Shown: positions 23,401-37,378, counted from the first letter of the whole stretch. The stretch: 63,817 bases of DNA, filler included, from Octopus bimaculoides (GCF_001194135.2; 4 parts of 4 records of this genome joined end to end with filler, not necessarily neighbours in it); one strand, 5' to 3'. Notes: generated from the sequence alone by a model not told the origin. Translations and numbers: made by a program.

Positions 23401-24215
23401 TAATCATATAAGAGGCGAATCCAGAGTAGCCCTTTTTGGGGGGGTAAGCATTNNNNNNNNNNNNNNNNNNNNNNNNNNNNNNNNNNNNNNNNNNNNNNNN
23501 NNNNNNNNNNNNNNNNNNNNNNNNNNNNNNNNNNNNNNNNNNNNNNNNNNNNGTGTGTGTGTGTGTGTATTCTTGATTGTTTTTATGTCAAGTTATAAAA
23601 AGAATTCTACATCAAATTGAAATTTTACGCAATACTTTGTAATAGAGTACATGTTTGTGAAACTTTTTCAAGAATGGTGAATGATGACAATGACTTTCAG
23701 TCTGCCATCCTTCGTCGGACTTTGCTGCACTTGGCTTTTGGCTTTATGAAATCTTTGGCATGTTTTTTTACTGAGGCAAGTGGTTTTATGTGAAATGATA
23801 AATAAATTTGGTGTATGTAGGTCTAAGAAATAGCTGTATAGGAAGAGGATGGGAGAGGATAGGAGAGGATAGGAGGAAAGTATACTTTAGGATGTGGATT
23901 GATGGAAAGTTAATGTTGGAAGAATTTGTTTGGCTTCATGCAAAATTGTATTATTGTTTAGAGTTTAGTCACACATACACAAAAATAACACACATATCGG
24001 TGCTCATTTGCACACATATACATCCATACATCCATATATCAATCTTCGACTATCCATAAACTTGCAAGTCTTCCTATTTGACTGACACCATCGATATTTA
24101 TCTACACTTCTTTTGTCTATGTATCAATCTGTATCTTTTTCATTATCTAACTACCTATCTGTCTATCTGTCGGTCTGTCAGCCAGTCTGTCTGTCTGTAT
24201 ATCTATCTATATATT

Positions 24216-24255
<40 letters not shown>

Positions 24256-24675
24256 AGTANNNNNNNNNNNNNNNNNNNNNNNNNNNNNNNNNNNNNNNNN
24301 NNNNNNNNNNNNNNNNNNNNNNNNNNNNNNNNNNNNNNNNNNNNNNNNNNNNNNNNNNNNNNNNNNNNNNNNNNNNNNNNNNNNNNNNNNNNNNNNNNNN
24401 NNNNNNNNNNNNNNNNNNNNNNNNNNNNNNNNNNNNNNNNNNNNNNNNNNNNNNNNNNNNNNNNNNNNNNNNNNNNNNAGTATACATGTATTGGGTTGGT
24501 GCATAATTATTGTGGCTTTTTTTCAACAAATTTTATTCAACATGGCATGGGTTGGACGGTTCAAATGAGGACTGGCAAGCCAGAAGGCTGCACCAGGCTC
24601 CAATCTGATCTGACAGAGTTTCTACAACTGGATGCACTTCCTAACACCAACCACTCCAAGAGTGTAGTGAGTGTA

Positions 24676-24709
<34 letters not shown>

Positions 24710-25474
24710 CGCACATGTATTTATGTTTGTATGTGTCCGTGAAAGAATGAATGAATGTATGTCTCTATGCACTTATGTATATATGCATATATATGTACAA
24801 CTCTATCTCTTTCTCTCTCTCTCTCTCTTTATATATATATATACACACACATATATACATACATACACACACTCACACACACAGAGATTTTATTTTATTT
24901 CAAATAAAGAACACATTTCAAACAAACAATATGTCAACTGTATCAAAGACAAATAAGGAATTTCCAAGCATTTTTATGTATTTGTTTCTTTTTAACGTTC
25001 TTCCTTGCTCTTATTTATTTATCTATTTAATTACATTTAAAAGAAAAAAAAACTGGAAATATAGTTTAGATTTGTCTGGCTATTTGCAAAGAAACTGAGA
25101 TAACAACAGCTATATATAGCATCTTGCAGAGTATGGAAGTCCCTGTAGTATCTCATACAAGACATGGTTGTAACAATATTTTCAATACAAAAGCCTTGCT
25201 GGTCACTGTGGATGTTAAACTTTTCCAATTTGAAAGAGCAGTGAGACTTGCAAATCTAAAATCAGATTTTGAAAGCCTCTCTTGTATTCCTTCTGTTAGG
25301 ATGACATCCCTGCCCTTGTGCATATATGTGTATGTGAGTGTATGTGTATGTGGCTGGATATGTGTGTATGCATATATATATATATGAGTGTATGTATATA
25401 TACATGTGTGTTTGTACATATATATGATATTGCTTCACTATGTAATATGTATGTTTATGGATATATACACATAC

Positions 25475-25528
<54 letters not shown>

Positions 25529-26162
25529 NNNNNNNNNNNNNNNNNNNNNNNNNNNNNNNNNNNNNNNNNNNNNNNNNNNNNNNNNNNNNNNNNNNNNNNN
25601 NNNNNNNNNNNNNNNNNNNNNNNNNNNNNNNNNNNNNNNNNNNNNNNNNNNNNNNNNNNNNNNNNNNNNNNNNNNNNNNNNNNNNNNNNNNNNNNNNNNN
25701 NNNNNNNNNNNNNNNNNNNNNNNNNNNNNNNNNNNNNNNNNNNNNNNNNNNNNNNNNNNNNNNNNNNNNNNNNNNNNNNNNNNNNNNNNNNNNNNNNNNN
25801 NNNNNNNNNNNNNNNNNNNNNNNNNNNNNNNNNNNNNNNNNNNNNNNNNNNNNNNNNNNNNNNNNNNNNNNNNNNNNNNNNNNNNNNNNNNNNNNNNNNN
25901 NNNNNNNNNNNNNNNNNNNNNNNNNNNNNNNNNNNNNNNNNNNNNNNNNNNNNNNNNNNNNNNNNNNNNNNNNNNNNNNNNNNNNNNNNNNNNNNNNNNN
26001 NNNNNNNNNNNNNNNNNNNNNNNNNNNNNNNNNNNNNNNNNNNNNNNNNNNNNNNNNNNNNNNNNNNNNNNNNNNNNNNNNNNNNNNNNNNNNNNNNNNN
26101 NNNNNNNNNNNNNNNNNATATATATATAAATATATATACATACATTTGTGTGTGTATATATG

Positions 26163-26199
<37 letters not shown>

Positions 26200-26940
26200 T
26201 GAGTATGCTTACATGCGAATAGAGAAGTATGTTTGTGCATTTATACACATTTACATACACTGTTACACACATACATATACACACAGACACTCACACACAC
26301 ACATGCATATATTCATTTTTTTTTTTTGCCAGCAACTTTCCATCCGATGTCAATGTGAAATTTATATCAAGAAATCCCTGTTGATCTAACGTAGAACACT
26401 CTGAAATGCAAGGTCAGTTTTCAGCCAATAAAAAAGTTTCAATCACAAAAACAAAAAAACAAAACAAAAATAGAAAACAAAAAATACATAGAGAGAAGAT
26501 TACATCTTTATTGTAGAATTCACCTTACAAAGCTGACAATTGTTTCTCTTGTACTAACACACATACACACATATAAACTTTCATTAATATTGATATTTCT
26601 GAAAATATATGTTAACACAACATTATCAAGGCAATCCAAAATTGGTGAAATTCTAAGTGAACATATATTTCCAGAATATGAATGCCTACAAAAAGAACAC
26701 CTAGAAGGAATTCAATCTAAGACATTTCTGTATTCAAGTAATGGTGACGTCAGTGGATAATGAAAAAAAGTAAAAGTAAAAAATAAACATATTTAAGAAA
26801 GGCTAGAAGAGTGTTGCTCAAAATGTTAAACCCTCTTTCTTTCCTTCTCTGAGCATCTGCTCATGTACCACGTCCTCGCATTGTTTTCTTTTTGTTTTTT
26901 GCTCTATATATATATAGCGGCGTACGTACACTTTGTCTCT

Positions 26941-27000
<60 letters not shown>

Positions 27001-27280
27001 TGTGTGTATGTTTGTATATGTATGTATATCTGTATATATGTGTATGTGTTATCCTTTCTCTCATGCACTCACACACACACACACACACATATATATATTA
27101 TACATCTATTGTATGTTTGTATGAGATTGTCTCACATGAAATGTCGTATTTTGAATGGGTTTCTTATAAGTCATCTATAAATGGATTTTTAATGAGTTTC
27201 TATGTATATGCTTGTGTTTACTCTTAACTCATTTTCTTTCTAGACAATACTATTATTCAAAATTGCTACCCCCGGCTCTT

Positions 27281-27934
27281 ATGACAATGTTGACAACCGA
27301 ACAATACCAAGTGATCATCTTGTACGAATACAAGCTGGGTCACTCTACCACCAAAGTTCTACGAAACATCAAGTGGTAATGATTCTGTTGACATTAGAAC
27401 TGTTCAGAGATAATTCCAAAGATTTTGTCCAGGAAATAAAAGCCTTAAAAATGAACCAAGAGGGAAACCAAAATCAGTTATTCGGCATGATGAATTGAAT
27501 GCTTTGGTTAAATGAAATCCGAAAAAAAACAGTCCAAAAAATCAGATCAGAGCTCCAGACATCTCCCGCAACTGCTTCTTGACACTTGTAGAAAATCGGA
27601 AAAGTCAAAAAGATGGATAGGTTCGTTCGCCATCAACTTAATGAGATTCAAACAAACAGACGCCTTACAGTGTGTTCCATGTTGATTTCTCAGTTGGAAA
27701 GAGAACCATTTTTGTATCGACTCAATACGTGTGATGAGAAATGGATACTCTTTAATAACAGCAGGAGGACAGGACAGTGGTTAGGATGCAGGAGAGTCAC
27801 CAAAACACTACCCAAAACTATCATTGCAATTTTAAAAGTTGATGGTCACTCTATGGTGGTCAACAAAGTGGGTTATTCATTATTCATTTTTGTAACGAGG
27901 AAAAACCATAACAATAACATCCTATTGTCAGAAA
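27281..27934 (+). pseudogene. 3'-truncated degraded mariner transposase (a different family from the 52-53 kb copy)
   Basis: MLTTEQYQVIILYEYKLG...RTVQR*FQRF...GKVKKMDRFVRHQL...FLYRLNTCDEKWILFNN..., then after a frameshift KLMVTLWW...VIHYSFL...YCQK. It ends abruptly at a SINE. Confidence 0.8.
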
Positions 27935-28210
27935 ATTTGGTAGACAGAAACTGAAAGAAGCCTGTCATATATATATATGTATATATATGTGTGTGTGTGT
28001 GTGTGTGTCTGTGTTTGCCCCTCCACCATCATTTGACAACTGATCTTGATGTGTTTACATCCCTGTAACTTAGCAGTTTGGCAAAAGAGACTGATAGAAT
28101 AAGTACCAGGCTTACAAAGAATAAGTCCTGGGTTCGATTTCTTAGACTAAGAGGTGGTGCTCCAGCATGGCCACAGTCAAAATGATTGAAACAAGTAAAA
28201 GTGTAAAAGT
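27935..28210 (+). mobile_element. SINE family B, 3' two-thirds, fused to the truncated mariner
   Basis: ATTTGGTAGACAGAAACTGAAAGAAGCC ... GCATGGCCACAGTCAAAATGATTGAAAC. Confidence 0.8.
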
Positions 28211-28219
28211 ATAAAACTG

Positions 28220-28420
28220 AGTGAAAGAAAGAAAGAAAGAAAGAAAGAAAAAAGCAAGAAAGAAAAAAGAAAGGAAAGAAGAAAGATAAAAGCAGGAAAA
28301 GAAGGAAGAAGAAAAAGAATGAAAGCAAGATAGGATAGGGAAAAAAAAGAAAAGAAAGAAGGAAAGAGACAAAAAAGAAAGGAAGGAAGAAAGAGACAAA
28401 AAAGAAAGGAAGGAAGCCAC
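28220..28420. repeat. Purine-rich (AAAG/AAGG) low-complexity tract
   Basis: Directly visible. Confidence 0.9.
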
Positions 28421-29079
28421 AAGCCACAAATATTTTGATGTGCATCATTAGCTACAATAATTTGAGACTAATTAAAAAAAAAACACGAGATTCTCTTTGA
28501 CTAGCCCAAAAACTAAAAACTAGTTTAATTCAATTATTTTTGTTGACTTGAATGAATTTTCGAATATTATGGCTCTGCTTGTGAACTTTTGTGGCCCTCT
28601 CCTTCCCTTACAGGGAGTTTATACTCTAAGAAAGGCCAAAGGTGACCCAGGATGATAGCTGGATTGTGTATCAATGATTTAANNNNNNNNNNGGGGGGGG
28701 GGTATGTATCTGACAGTTTGTGTATTTATCGGTTTGTGTGTGTGTGTGTGTTGTCTGAATGTATATGCATGTGTGTATATCAGTGTGTGTCTATATTTGT
28801 GTGTATGTGTGTGTGTGTATCAGTGTGTATACCTGTGTGTATTTTTCAATCTGTATGTGTATGTGTCTGTCTCTCAGTCTGTGTGTGTGGAGGGGGTGTC
28901 TGCCTGTCTGTCTGTGCGTGCGTATGTGTGTGTGGGGGGTGGGGGTGGAAGGGGTGTTTCTGTCTGTGTCTATGCAAGAGTGTTAGGGGTTAATTTACAA
29001 GAACATCACAATAGCTGTAGGTGGAGGGAGGACACTGTAATTTACGAGTGTTTTCATGACATGCAATTTGTTGTTACTT

Positions 29080-29179
29080 NNNNNNNNNNNNNNNNNNNNN
29101 NNNNNNNNNNNNNNNNNNNNNNNTTAATTAATTAANNNNNNNNNNNNNNNNNNNNNNNNNNNNNNNNNNNNNNNNNNNN
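29080..29179. other. Assembly join marker: 44 N + TTAATTAATTAA + 44 N
   Basis: Identical 100-nt structure at three loci; the 12-mer has stops in all six frames. Confidence 0.9.
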
Positions 29180-29234
29180 CATTCAGATGCCAATATCATC
29201 GATAGCGGTGTGCTAGCAACCCTCCCCCGCTTAC

Positions 29235-29440
29235 TGTTTTACAAAGTAAACAACAACACAAATAACTACGCAGAGGCGGCCATGGTTGAGACAATAACAA
29301 GAACAACAAGCATTATTGAAAGAGAAAAAGAAGCATGGTCATTCCTTGTCCACGTGACCTTATCTCATTTCCCCCGTCACTTGTTATGCGCTCAGAAATT
29401 AGTTTGATAGTTGAGCTCTGATTGGCTGTATGCAAATGAG
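29235..29440 (-). promoter_or_regulatory. Candidate Pol II promoter / non-coding first exon: E-box, CCAAT box, octamer, downstream donor
   Basis: GTCCACGTGACC at 29348-29359; ATTGG at 29421-29425 (AGCCAATCAG on minus); ATGCAAAT at 29430-29437; minus-strand donor ACA|GTAAGC at 29235/29234. The region is non-repetitive and relatively CpG-rich. Confidence 0.4.
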
Positions 29441-30589
29441 TTCATAACTGGGTCCGGAACCCTCGTGGGAAAAAAATTCGCATCCCTGGCAACCCTCCAA
29501 GGAATATCCCGGTCAGTTCCTGTCTCCGTGAAATACTTCCCCATCTGCAGCGACCATGGGGCATGTGGCCGACCAACACGAACCGTCACTCCAACCGGAT
29601 CCCCAGAAAAGAGAACACGGTAACCGGAAATCGAGCCACATTACCCATCAGCCGGTGGTGCTAATCACGAATCATGAAAGTAAGAGTACACATCCCTGTT
29701 TCGTCCGAAGGGCAAAAATACAACGGAGCTGAGGAGCTTCTCAGAGTTTTAGGAACCTTACGAATTATTCACAGGAAACATTTGAACATAAATTCTTGAC
29801 TGACATTTAAAAAAAAAAAAAAAAAAAAAAAGAACTTAAGAGCGACTCAAAGCGCTACGTTGCAGATACTATCACAACAGCAATTGGGAAGCGAAATATA
29901 ACCAGTGCGTGTGTCTTTATTGACAAAATTACACGCTTCAACATTTGCATAAAACTACGATTTTTCAAAAATTTTGCAAAACACACACACACACAAACAC
30001 ACGCACAAACACACACACACACAACACACACACACACACTANNNNNNNNNNACACACACACAACACACACACACACACTAGTTTGACTTAGCTTCAAATT
30101 ATTCAATGTTTCGCGTGCGTAGAACACACGCACGCAGACGTATATGCATGCACGTACACACACGTAAGTGAATGTAAGTCTGTATTCCTCGAGGCATTCA
30201 GGTATAAGACTGATATTTTAAAGTTGTAGTTGGAGTCACCTCATATATCATCATCATCGTTTTACGTCCGTCTTCCATGCTGGCATGGCTTGGACTGCTT
30301 AAATTATTTGCTTATCAAAGCTGATACAATTCTTACTCATCAGCTTTTATACAGTCGATCGTCTAACTTATAATACGTATTAATCTATGAAATAAATAAA
30401 TAAATAAAATAAAATAAAATTAACTCACTGCAAAACATGGTTTTATATTTCTCCAGTCTGGAATGTGATTATGACGGACTAATAATAATAATAATAATCA
30501 TGGCAGAACAACAATGATAGCCTTTAAAGCGAGCATATCTGTCCACAAGTGACTAATTCATTTTAGTTATTCCAATTTTTACAGACCAC

Positions 30590-30942
30590 CAAAAGTAGGC
30601 ACCGTTAATCGAAAAGTTAACTTCGTTAACCGTTAATCCGTTAACTAAAAAGTCAACTTCGTTAACCGTGAATCAGTTAATTCTTTAAAAATGTAGCAGA
30701 AGGTATCGATAAAACGTTAACGTTAATTTTTCTTATAGAAAGGAAAAGTTTTTGCTCTAAAACCTCCAAAAAGCCTCCTTAAAAAGTGCCAAAACCATAA
30801 AATCCGTTAATATTTTTAATGTAGCGGAAGTTAATTAGTCCGATAATGGTTTGCCAAGTTAACTTAAAAGTTAAATCGTTAACGAAAATATTAACTTCGT
30901 TAATTAACGATTAACGGATAAACGGTTTGGTGCCCAGGTTTG
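30590..30942. mobile_element. hAT-type MITE with many GTTAAC subterminal repeats, 353 bp
   Basis: Imperfect TIRs CAAAAGTAGGCACC / GGTGCCCAGGTTTG; 8-bp TSD CAGACCAC / CACACCAC (7/8); AACCGTTAA/GTTAAC arrays at both ends. Confidence 0.8.
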
Positions 30943-32869
30943 CACACCACAAAATATTGAAAAGCAAATTCGATAACAGTGAATTGAACTTACAACATCT
31001 GGAATCGAAAGTGAAATAATGTATCCAGCACTTTTGAGTCTGCCTTTCTGTTTTGAAATAATTATTTCTCTTTGTGGATTCAAATTTAAGGAATTAGATT
31101 TTCAGGAGTATGCCACAGTCGATTTAGTGGAATCAATATTAGTTTCTATTTCATTAACTCCAGAGGGAGGAACAATCTGCGCGGGATTTGAACTCAGAAC
31201 TTAAAAAAAGACACAATACCGCGGGGCATTTATTCCGGCATTTCAGTTTCTGCTAAGTCACCACCTCTGCATTTTGAAATTATGAATTCACCCGTAACGA
31301 TTTTACATTTCATTTGTTCTCAGATTGCTGTGTAAAATGCCCCGAGGAACAGAGAATTGTTAGCAACACCTGCTTGTATTCAATGTTGAAAACGAAACAT
31401 TTGTAAAAGGCGAAATAACATATAAGTGGAATAATGTTTTGAACGACATATCACTAGGATAAGCTAAACAAACGAATTTTCACTAGATAATTTATAATAA
31501 AATGTCATTCTTAAACGATTATAGAAAACAATTTTCATGTATTATAAATATTAACTCTGTGACATCCAGTAAACATGTTTAAACGTCAATACTTGCCTCA
31601 AACTACATTATTAAAATAGATTTCCTACCGTATAAAGAAACTTACAATAGACACACAAACACAAACATTCGCAATGAATAATATTTTTGTACATAGCGGG
31701 ACACATTCAGATTTGATCTTCTACAGCTGCTGTTACCATCGCATCCCAAATTACCTTAAGGACTTTCACAGTGAATATGCAACAAATATGTGTGTGTGTG
31801 TGTGTGTGATGCAGCTAGGTGTATATATATATATATATATATATATAAGCAACAAGTATAGAGACGAGTCAACAACAGAATCTCTTCGCAATCGTTCGAC
31901 CTGCGAGAATTAGCTGTCAAATCACTCTCAAATCGCTCTCACTGTCTAAAAAAGTGACACATTAGATAATCCAGGCCACAAGTTACACAATGCTTGGGAG
32001 GGTGGGAGGAGGGAAGAAGACACTAGTTTGGTCACATTCGGTTTGGGTTAAACATTTAAGATGTATCACGAATAAATATGTTCGTGGGATGAGTCTATCT
32101 CTTGTCTACAAGCAAAAAGGTAAACCTATAGACCTCTTCTCATCACCCCTGGATAAACCTTGACTCTAGAATTGGAGTTGAGGTGAGGTGAGGTGAGGTG
32201 AGGTATTTACTCTGGACAGGGCTTGGTTTATAATCAATTTTTACCTCAGCGTTGGGAATCCCCTTGAGAAGCAATGAAGACTCCCGGAATCGAGGATCTT
32301 ATCGCAGCAACACTGCATTTTCCTGCATGATTCGACAATTCTTAAGATTAAATATATCGCGATAGGGATCGACTGTATCCATGCTTTTAAGTGTTTGTTT
32401 ACTGCTTAACGTCTTGGAGAGTAAGACGTGTTCGAAAGTAAAATCGAACCCTGGGGCTCCAGCGGAACGTATTTTATTTGTTTAGTAATTAGCATCACTT
32501 CAACTAACACCCGTCTCTTCACATGGCCGCGTGTATCACTCTCAACACGACCTCATGTTTCTCGCCTTTTCATTATCTAACCTTCTAGAAATAGGTGCCT
32601 CATTGAACTTAATCGACTTTGACTATTTGCCCTTACACTACAGCTATATTAGTGTACTAGCAAATTCTATCATTCCAAGCTACCTTCTGTCCGTATTTGG
32701 ACGTCACAAGTTCAATACAATTCGATCCATATATTAACAATTTTGATAACATTAAGATAAACATATTAGATTCTATTATTGATGACACGGGAATACTAGT
32801 ATAATACATAACGATATGATCTGTATATATGAAACAGTTCATTGTAATATATTATGCTTTCATGGAACC

Positions 32870-33080
32870 AGATTGATCTTTGTTAGTTCCACTGACAATG
32901 AGCTTCAATGGATATCTGTTCTCCACTGCAACTGGCAAGAATCTGCGTACGATGAGAGTGCCATGTTCCAGCGCCTAAATGCATGTCGATGCAGGTCTTC
33001 CACGTTTCTTTCTTTCCTGTGCTGATGCTAATAAACGGCACGTGATGAACTAATTCATCTTCATTTCGCAAGAATCTCCA
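32870..33080 (-). mobile_element. Degraded RTE-like LINE C-terminal fragment
   Basis: RNEDELVHHV..., then after a frameshift RKKRGRPAST.I resembles the RTE 'GKR.RGRP.TYID' motif. Confidence 0.4.
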
Positions 33081-34399
33081 CTGAACTTTCGCTTCAGATT
33101 AGCTAAATTGCAGTACAATACATAGTGACATATTCCGTCTGTCTGAAATAGTTTATAGTAATGTAATGCAATAACTTACAGCGATGCACATATTTGAAAA
33201 ATGACCGCGTAATTAATCAAATTTTCTAATTAATTTTGTTAATTTCCCAAACATTTTATAGAATTCATCCATTTCCTGTTATAAGACTTTCAGCGTACAA
33301 ATGTCAACAAGTCACTCTGAAAACAGTCACTGAATGTTATTCATGGTAACAGTGATTAGCAGTTGAGATAAATGATTTCACAAGAACAATTTTGCGGAAT
33401 TCATTAAGATTCAAAATTTAAATTCTGTTTTGAAATTATTAATATTTTTTTTATTTCAACCAGCAACCTTTGAATGTTTATTGAAAAGAGTTTCTCATTT
33501 CATGTTCACACACACACACATACATACACATACCCAAGTATTTGTACAGAAAGAATTAAGTTGCTGAAGATATGCTTTTATTATTGTTAATGTTTAAGTA
33601 AATATTTGAAAAAAACAACAATAAACAAACAAACTAGAATGGTAGGATTATCTGCTGCTAATGCATAAAGCTGTGTTCAACAATTCCGGCCCCCACAACT
33701 GAAGTGAGGAAGCTTCTTGTGTACAATATGTTCAGTAGCAAAGTTAAACAAATAACTGAGGTGAGAATTTATCGCTTTTCCTTGCCGAATTTGACACTTT
33801 TCTGGACTGTGTGGCGCCATCCAAAGCTACCCCCAATATACTTTCAGTAAAGGCCAACACAATCAACGCAGTTTGTTTAAACGTGATCTTAAGGTCAGTA
33901 AATATACGTGAAAATCAAATAAAGACATAATAAAACTTGGAAAAGAAACTACACCAATAAATTGAATTTATGTAATCTTCACATCCCACATTTCCCCCAA
34001 AATGTTGATTGAGATGACGGAAGTAGCAGATATTGTTAACGGGTTGATTAAACAACAGTAATAGAAACAATATAAGAAATTGAAGCTAGTCGACATTGCA
34101 AATAGTTTGTAATGAAAGAATAAGTAGATACTTTGTGCGTATATGTGTGCACAGCGAATCTGTGAATATGTTGCTGCGCGTGCAGAAGGCCATAGAGTAG
34201 AAACTATGATATTAGGAAAAACTGAGGCCCCGGTTTCGATACCAAGTTGTTAATATTTCACGTATTTTATGCCAGTTGGGAACCTCTTCCCTGATGATAA
34301 TAAGGTTCATCTTCAACATTGCTGGACTCTCTGATCTCCTCAAACGAGATGCAGTCAGGTATATATATATATATATATATATCTACCCTTTATCTTTTA

Positions 34400-34660
34400 C
34401 TTGTTTCAATCTTTACATTGGGACCATGCTGCAGCACCACCCGGAAGAATTTTGAGTCTATCGAATCGATCCCAGTAATTATTTGTTTTTAAGCCTGATA
34501 CTTATATCCTATCGCCCTCTTTGTTGACCCGCTAAGTTACGGAGACGTAAACACACTAACACCGGTTAACTTCCTTCAATTTCCGTCTACCGTATCCGCT
34601 CAAAAGGTTTTGGTCGCCCGAGGCTATAATAGAAGATACTTGCCCAAGGTGCCACGCATA
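34400..34660 (-). mobile_element. SINE family B
   Basis: CCGCTAAGTTACGGAGACGTAAAC...ACTTGCCCAAGGTGCCACGCA. Confidence 0.72.
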
Positions 34661-35642
34661 TATCTATAACTTTCTTTCCCTCACAGCTTTCTGGAAACGG
34701 AATATTTTCTAATGAAATTTTGCAGATATACGTTTTCGTGAGTGAATTACGATTATGTCGAAATAATAAAAAAGAAAACTTCTCAAGTTATAGAAACTGA
34801 TAGAGACAAAGTTAGGCGGCCTGGAATGAATGACCCGAAACTGAGCTTCTAAATAATGTTTTCTTATCAACCATATCAACATAACCATTTCTAAAACATT
34901 GTAGTTAAAAATAATGGTGTGAGCAAAACAAAAAAAAAAAAAAAAAAAAAAAACAAAAAAAAACAGAACCGTAGTTATGCTTAACCCATGTCTCTCAATT
35001 CCCATGCACACAACACACATGGAATTGAATATTAAACTATTTTCTTGCTTTTATTTGAAACTATTTTTTCTAAAACCACTGGCATTGTTTTGCTTGTCAT
35101 TGATTGTCATATAAAAGATTCAGTCAGGAAAACGGAAGCTATATCACTTGCGCTAGTGTGTGTGTGTGAAGCTCCACCATATAAAATCAACACGTAACAT
35201 TTCGTTTCCAATTCTTGAAAATATTAAACGGAAATATATTTCTCGCAAAGTTTACCACAAAAATTTCCAGTTTCGTTTTGATCAAAATACCCGCTACTCA
35301 AGCCATTTCTCCTTTCATTTCTCTTTTTTTCCCTCCCTCGCCTTCTGTCTACGTATGCGAGTTCATGTTGTCTTGCGTTCCCCATCACTTGCGGCCAGTC
35401 TCTTAAACACAAAGATTTGAAACTCTGATTTTTGTCAGCTTTACTCGGAAGAAGGATTGCCCTAAACGTTGGCTGCTTAATTCCCTGTAACAATTTCATC
35501 GTTCTCTTTATGTCACTTTACACTCACACACATACACACAAAAGGCTCATCTTACCAGGCTAACAAAATTTTGAGGAGATTCCTATCTGCGAATAGATCT
35601 TAATAGTGAAAGTACACCACTTTCAGAGTTTAACCATAAACA

Positions 35643-35675
<33 letters not shown>

Positions 35676-36080
35676 CGAAATGAATGTTTTGCAAATACTA
35701 TTGATTATTCTTTCTACAGATGTTGTAAATTGTCCGATGAAATTACAACAAATTCAATTTCAGAGCAATAATAATATATAAAATGGCTTGAATGAAATGA
35801 CACCTGAAAAATGTGGCNNNNNNNNNNNNNNNNNNNNNNNNNNNNNNNNNNNNNNNNNNNNNNNNNNNNNNNNNNNNNNNNNNNNNNNNNNNNNNNNNNN
35901 NNNNNNNNNNNNNNNNNNNNNNNNNNNNNNNNNNNNNNNNNNNNNNNNNNNNNNNNNNNNNNNNNNNNNNNNNNNNNNNNNNNNNNNNNNNNNNNNNNNN
36001 NNNNNNNNNNNNNNNNNNNNNNNNNNNNNNNNNNNNNNNNNNNNNNNNNNNNNNNNNNNNNNNNNNNNNNNNNNNNNNCA

Positions 36081-36236
36081 CAGGGGCAGGCGTGGCAAGA
36101 AGCTTGCTTTCCAACCACATGGTTTCGGGTTCAGTCCCACTGCGTGGTACCTTGAACAAGTGTCTTCTACTATGGCCTCGGGTCGCCCAAAGCCTTGCGA
36201 GTGGATTTGGTAGACGGAAGCTGAAAGAAGCCCGTC

Positions 36237-36280
<44 letters not shown>

Positions 36281-36485
36281 CTTTGTGTCTGCCCTCCCAT
36301 CATCGCTGGACAACCGGTGTTGGTGGCTTTACGTCTCCGTAACTTACCAGCTCTGCAAAAGGAACCGATAGAATAAGTACCAGGCTTTAAATCAGTAAGT
36401 CCTCGGGTCGATTTATTCGACTCAAACAGTGCTCAAGGCAGTGCTCCAGCATGGCCACAGTCAAATGACTGAAACAAATAAAAGA
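36081..36485 (+). mobile_element. tRNA-derived SINE family B, near full length
   Basis: B-box-like GGTTCAGTCC (36128-36137), central GGATTTGGTAGACGGAAGCTGAAAGAAGCCCGTC, internal (TA)/(GT)n, and tail GCATGGCCACAGTCAAATGACTGAAAC; many copies in the window. Confidence 0.85.
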
Positions 36486-37378
36486 AAAAACACTTGCGAG
36501 ACCTCAACGGGTTGCCCATGCAGGCCCTACAGACTTAGCGGAGCGTTGCTGGTTTTTATGTGCAAAAATGTGTTCGTCTGCTACTAAATTTTTGAAAATC
36601 TATTTTGGACGATGACTAAATTCCGTCGATAAATTCTGTTGATGAATGAATTCCGTCGGGGCCAGGTAGTCATCTCAGGGTTCATAACGGAAATGCTATT
36701 AAACCTGTTACAAGTACATGTTGGCAAGAGGAAAGATGTTGGCAACTTCAAGATCGGGTTGACGACCATCGAGAATGTTTTCCATGCGTATGTATAAGCA
36801 TATCACTTGGTTCTGTAGGCATATTTTGTGAAAAAAGAATGCAACGTAAGTGTGTTCAATAAATTGGTTGTTGAATCTGCTTATTTAATGTATATAGGAA
36901 GATGATGGTAATGCACTCACAATATCTGGCAATCCGCTAGGGTAGAGAATTTAGCATGAACGACTTCCACCCGACACCAGTTTAACTGAAACAGCTGTTT
37001 TGTGAAGACAACCGTCGCAGCTACTTAAACGGTCTCTTGGCAAATGAAGTCTTGGGAGGAAAAAAAGAAAAAGGAAGAAAAACAAATAACGAAAACAAAA
37101 AAAGGCTAAATAAACATTTGACAACAACCTAAACAAATTAATGATTCAGATCTGTATCACCTCCCCCTCCTCCCTGCTACCTCCTTCGCCTCCATCAGAG
37201 ATCGAATTGTTTGGTTGAAGAAAACGTGACCGGTAAAAAAACACATTTCGATCAGCTTTACAGTTTTGTTGTAGAAGAGAAGAACGGGGTGGAGGCAGAA
37301 AGGAAGGGAGAAGGGTGTGTGTGTGTGTGTATGTATATATGTATATATATGCATACACGCACATACAAATGTATATAC

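Noticed and set aside
29690-29750. Minus-strand GGACGAAAC resembling a hammerhead core
   Set aside because: The upstream motif is CTGAGAA, not CTGANGA, and no stem I or stem III closure was found.
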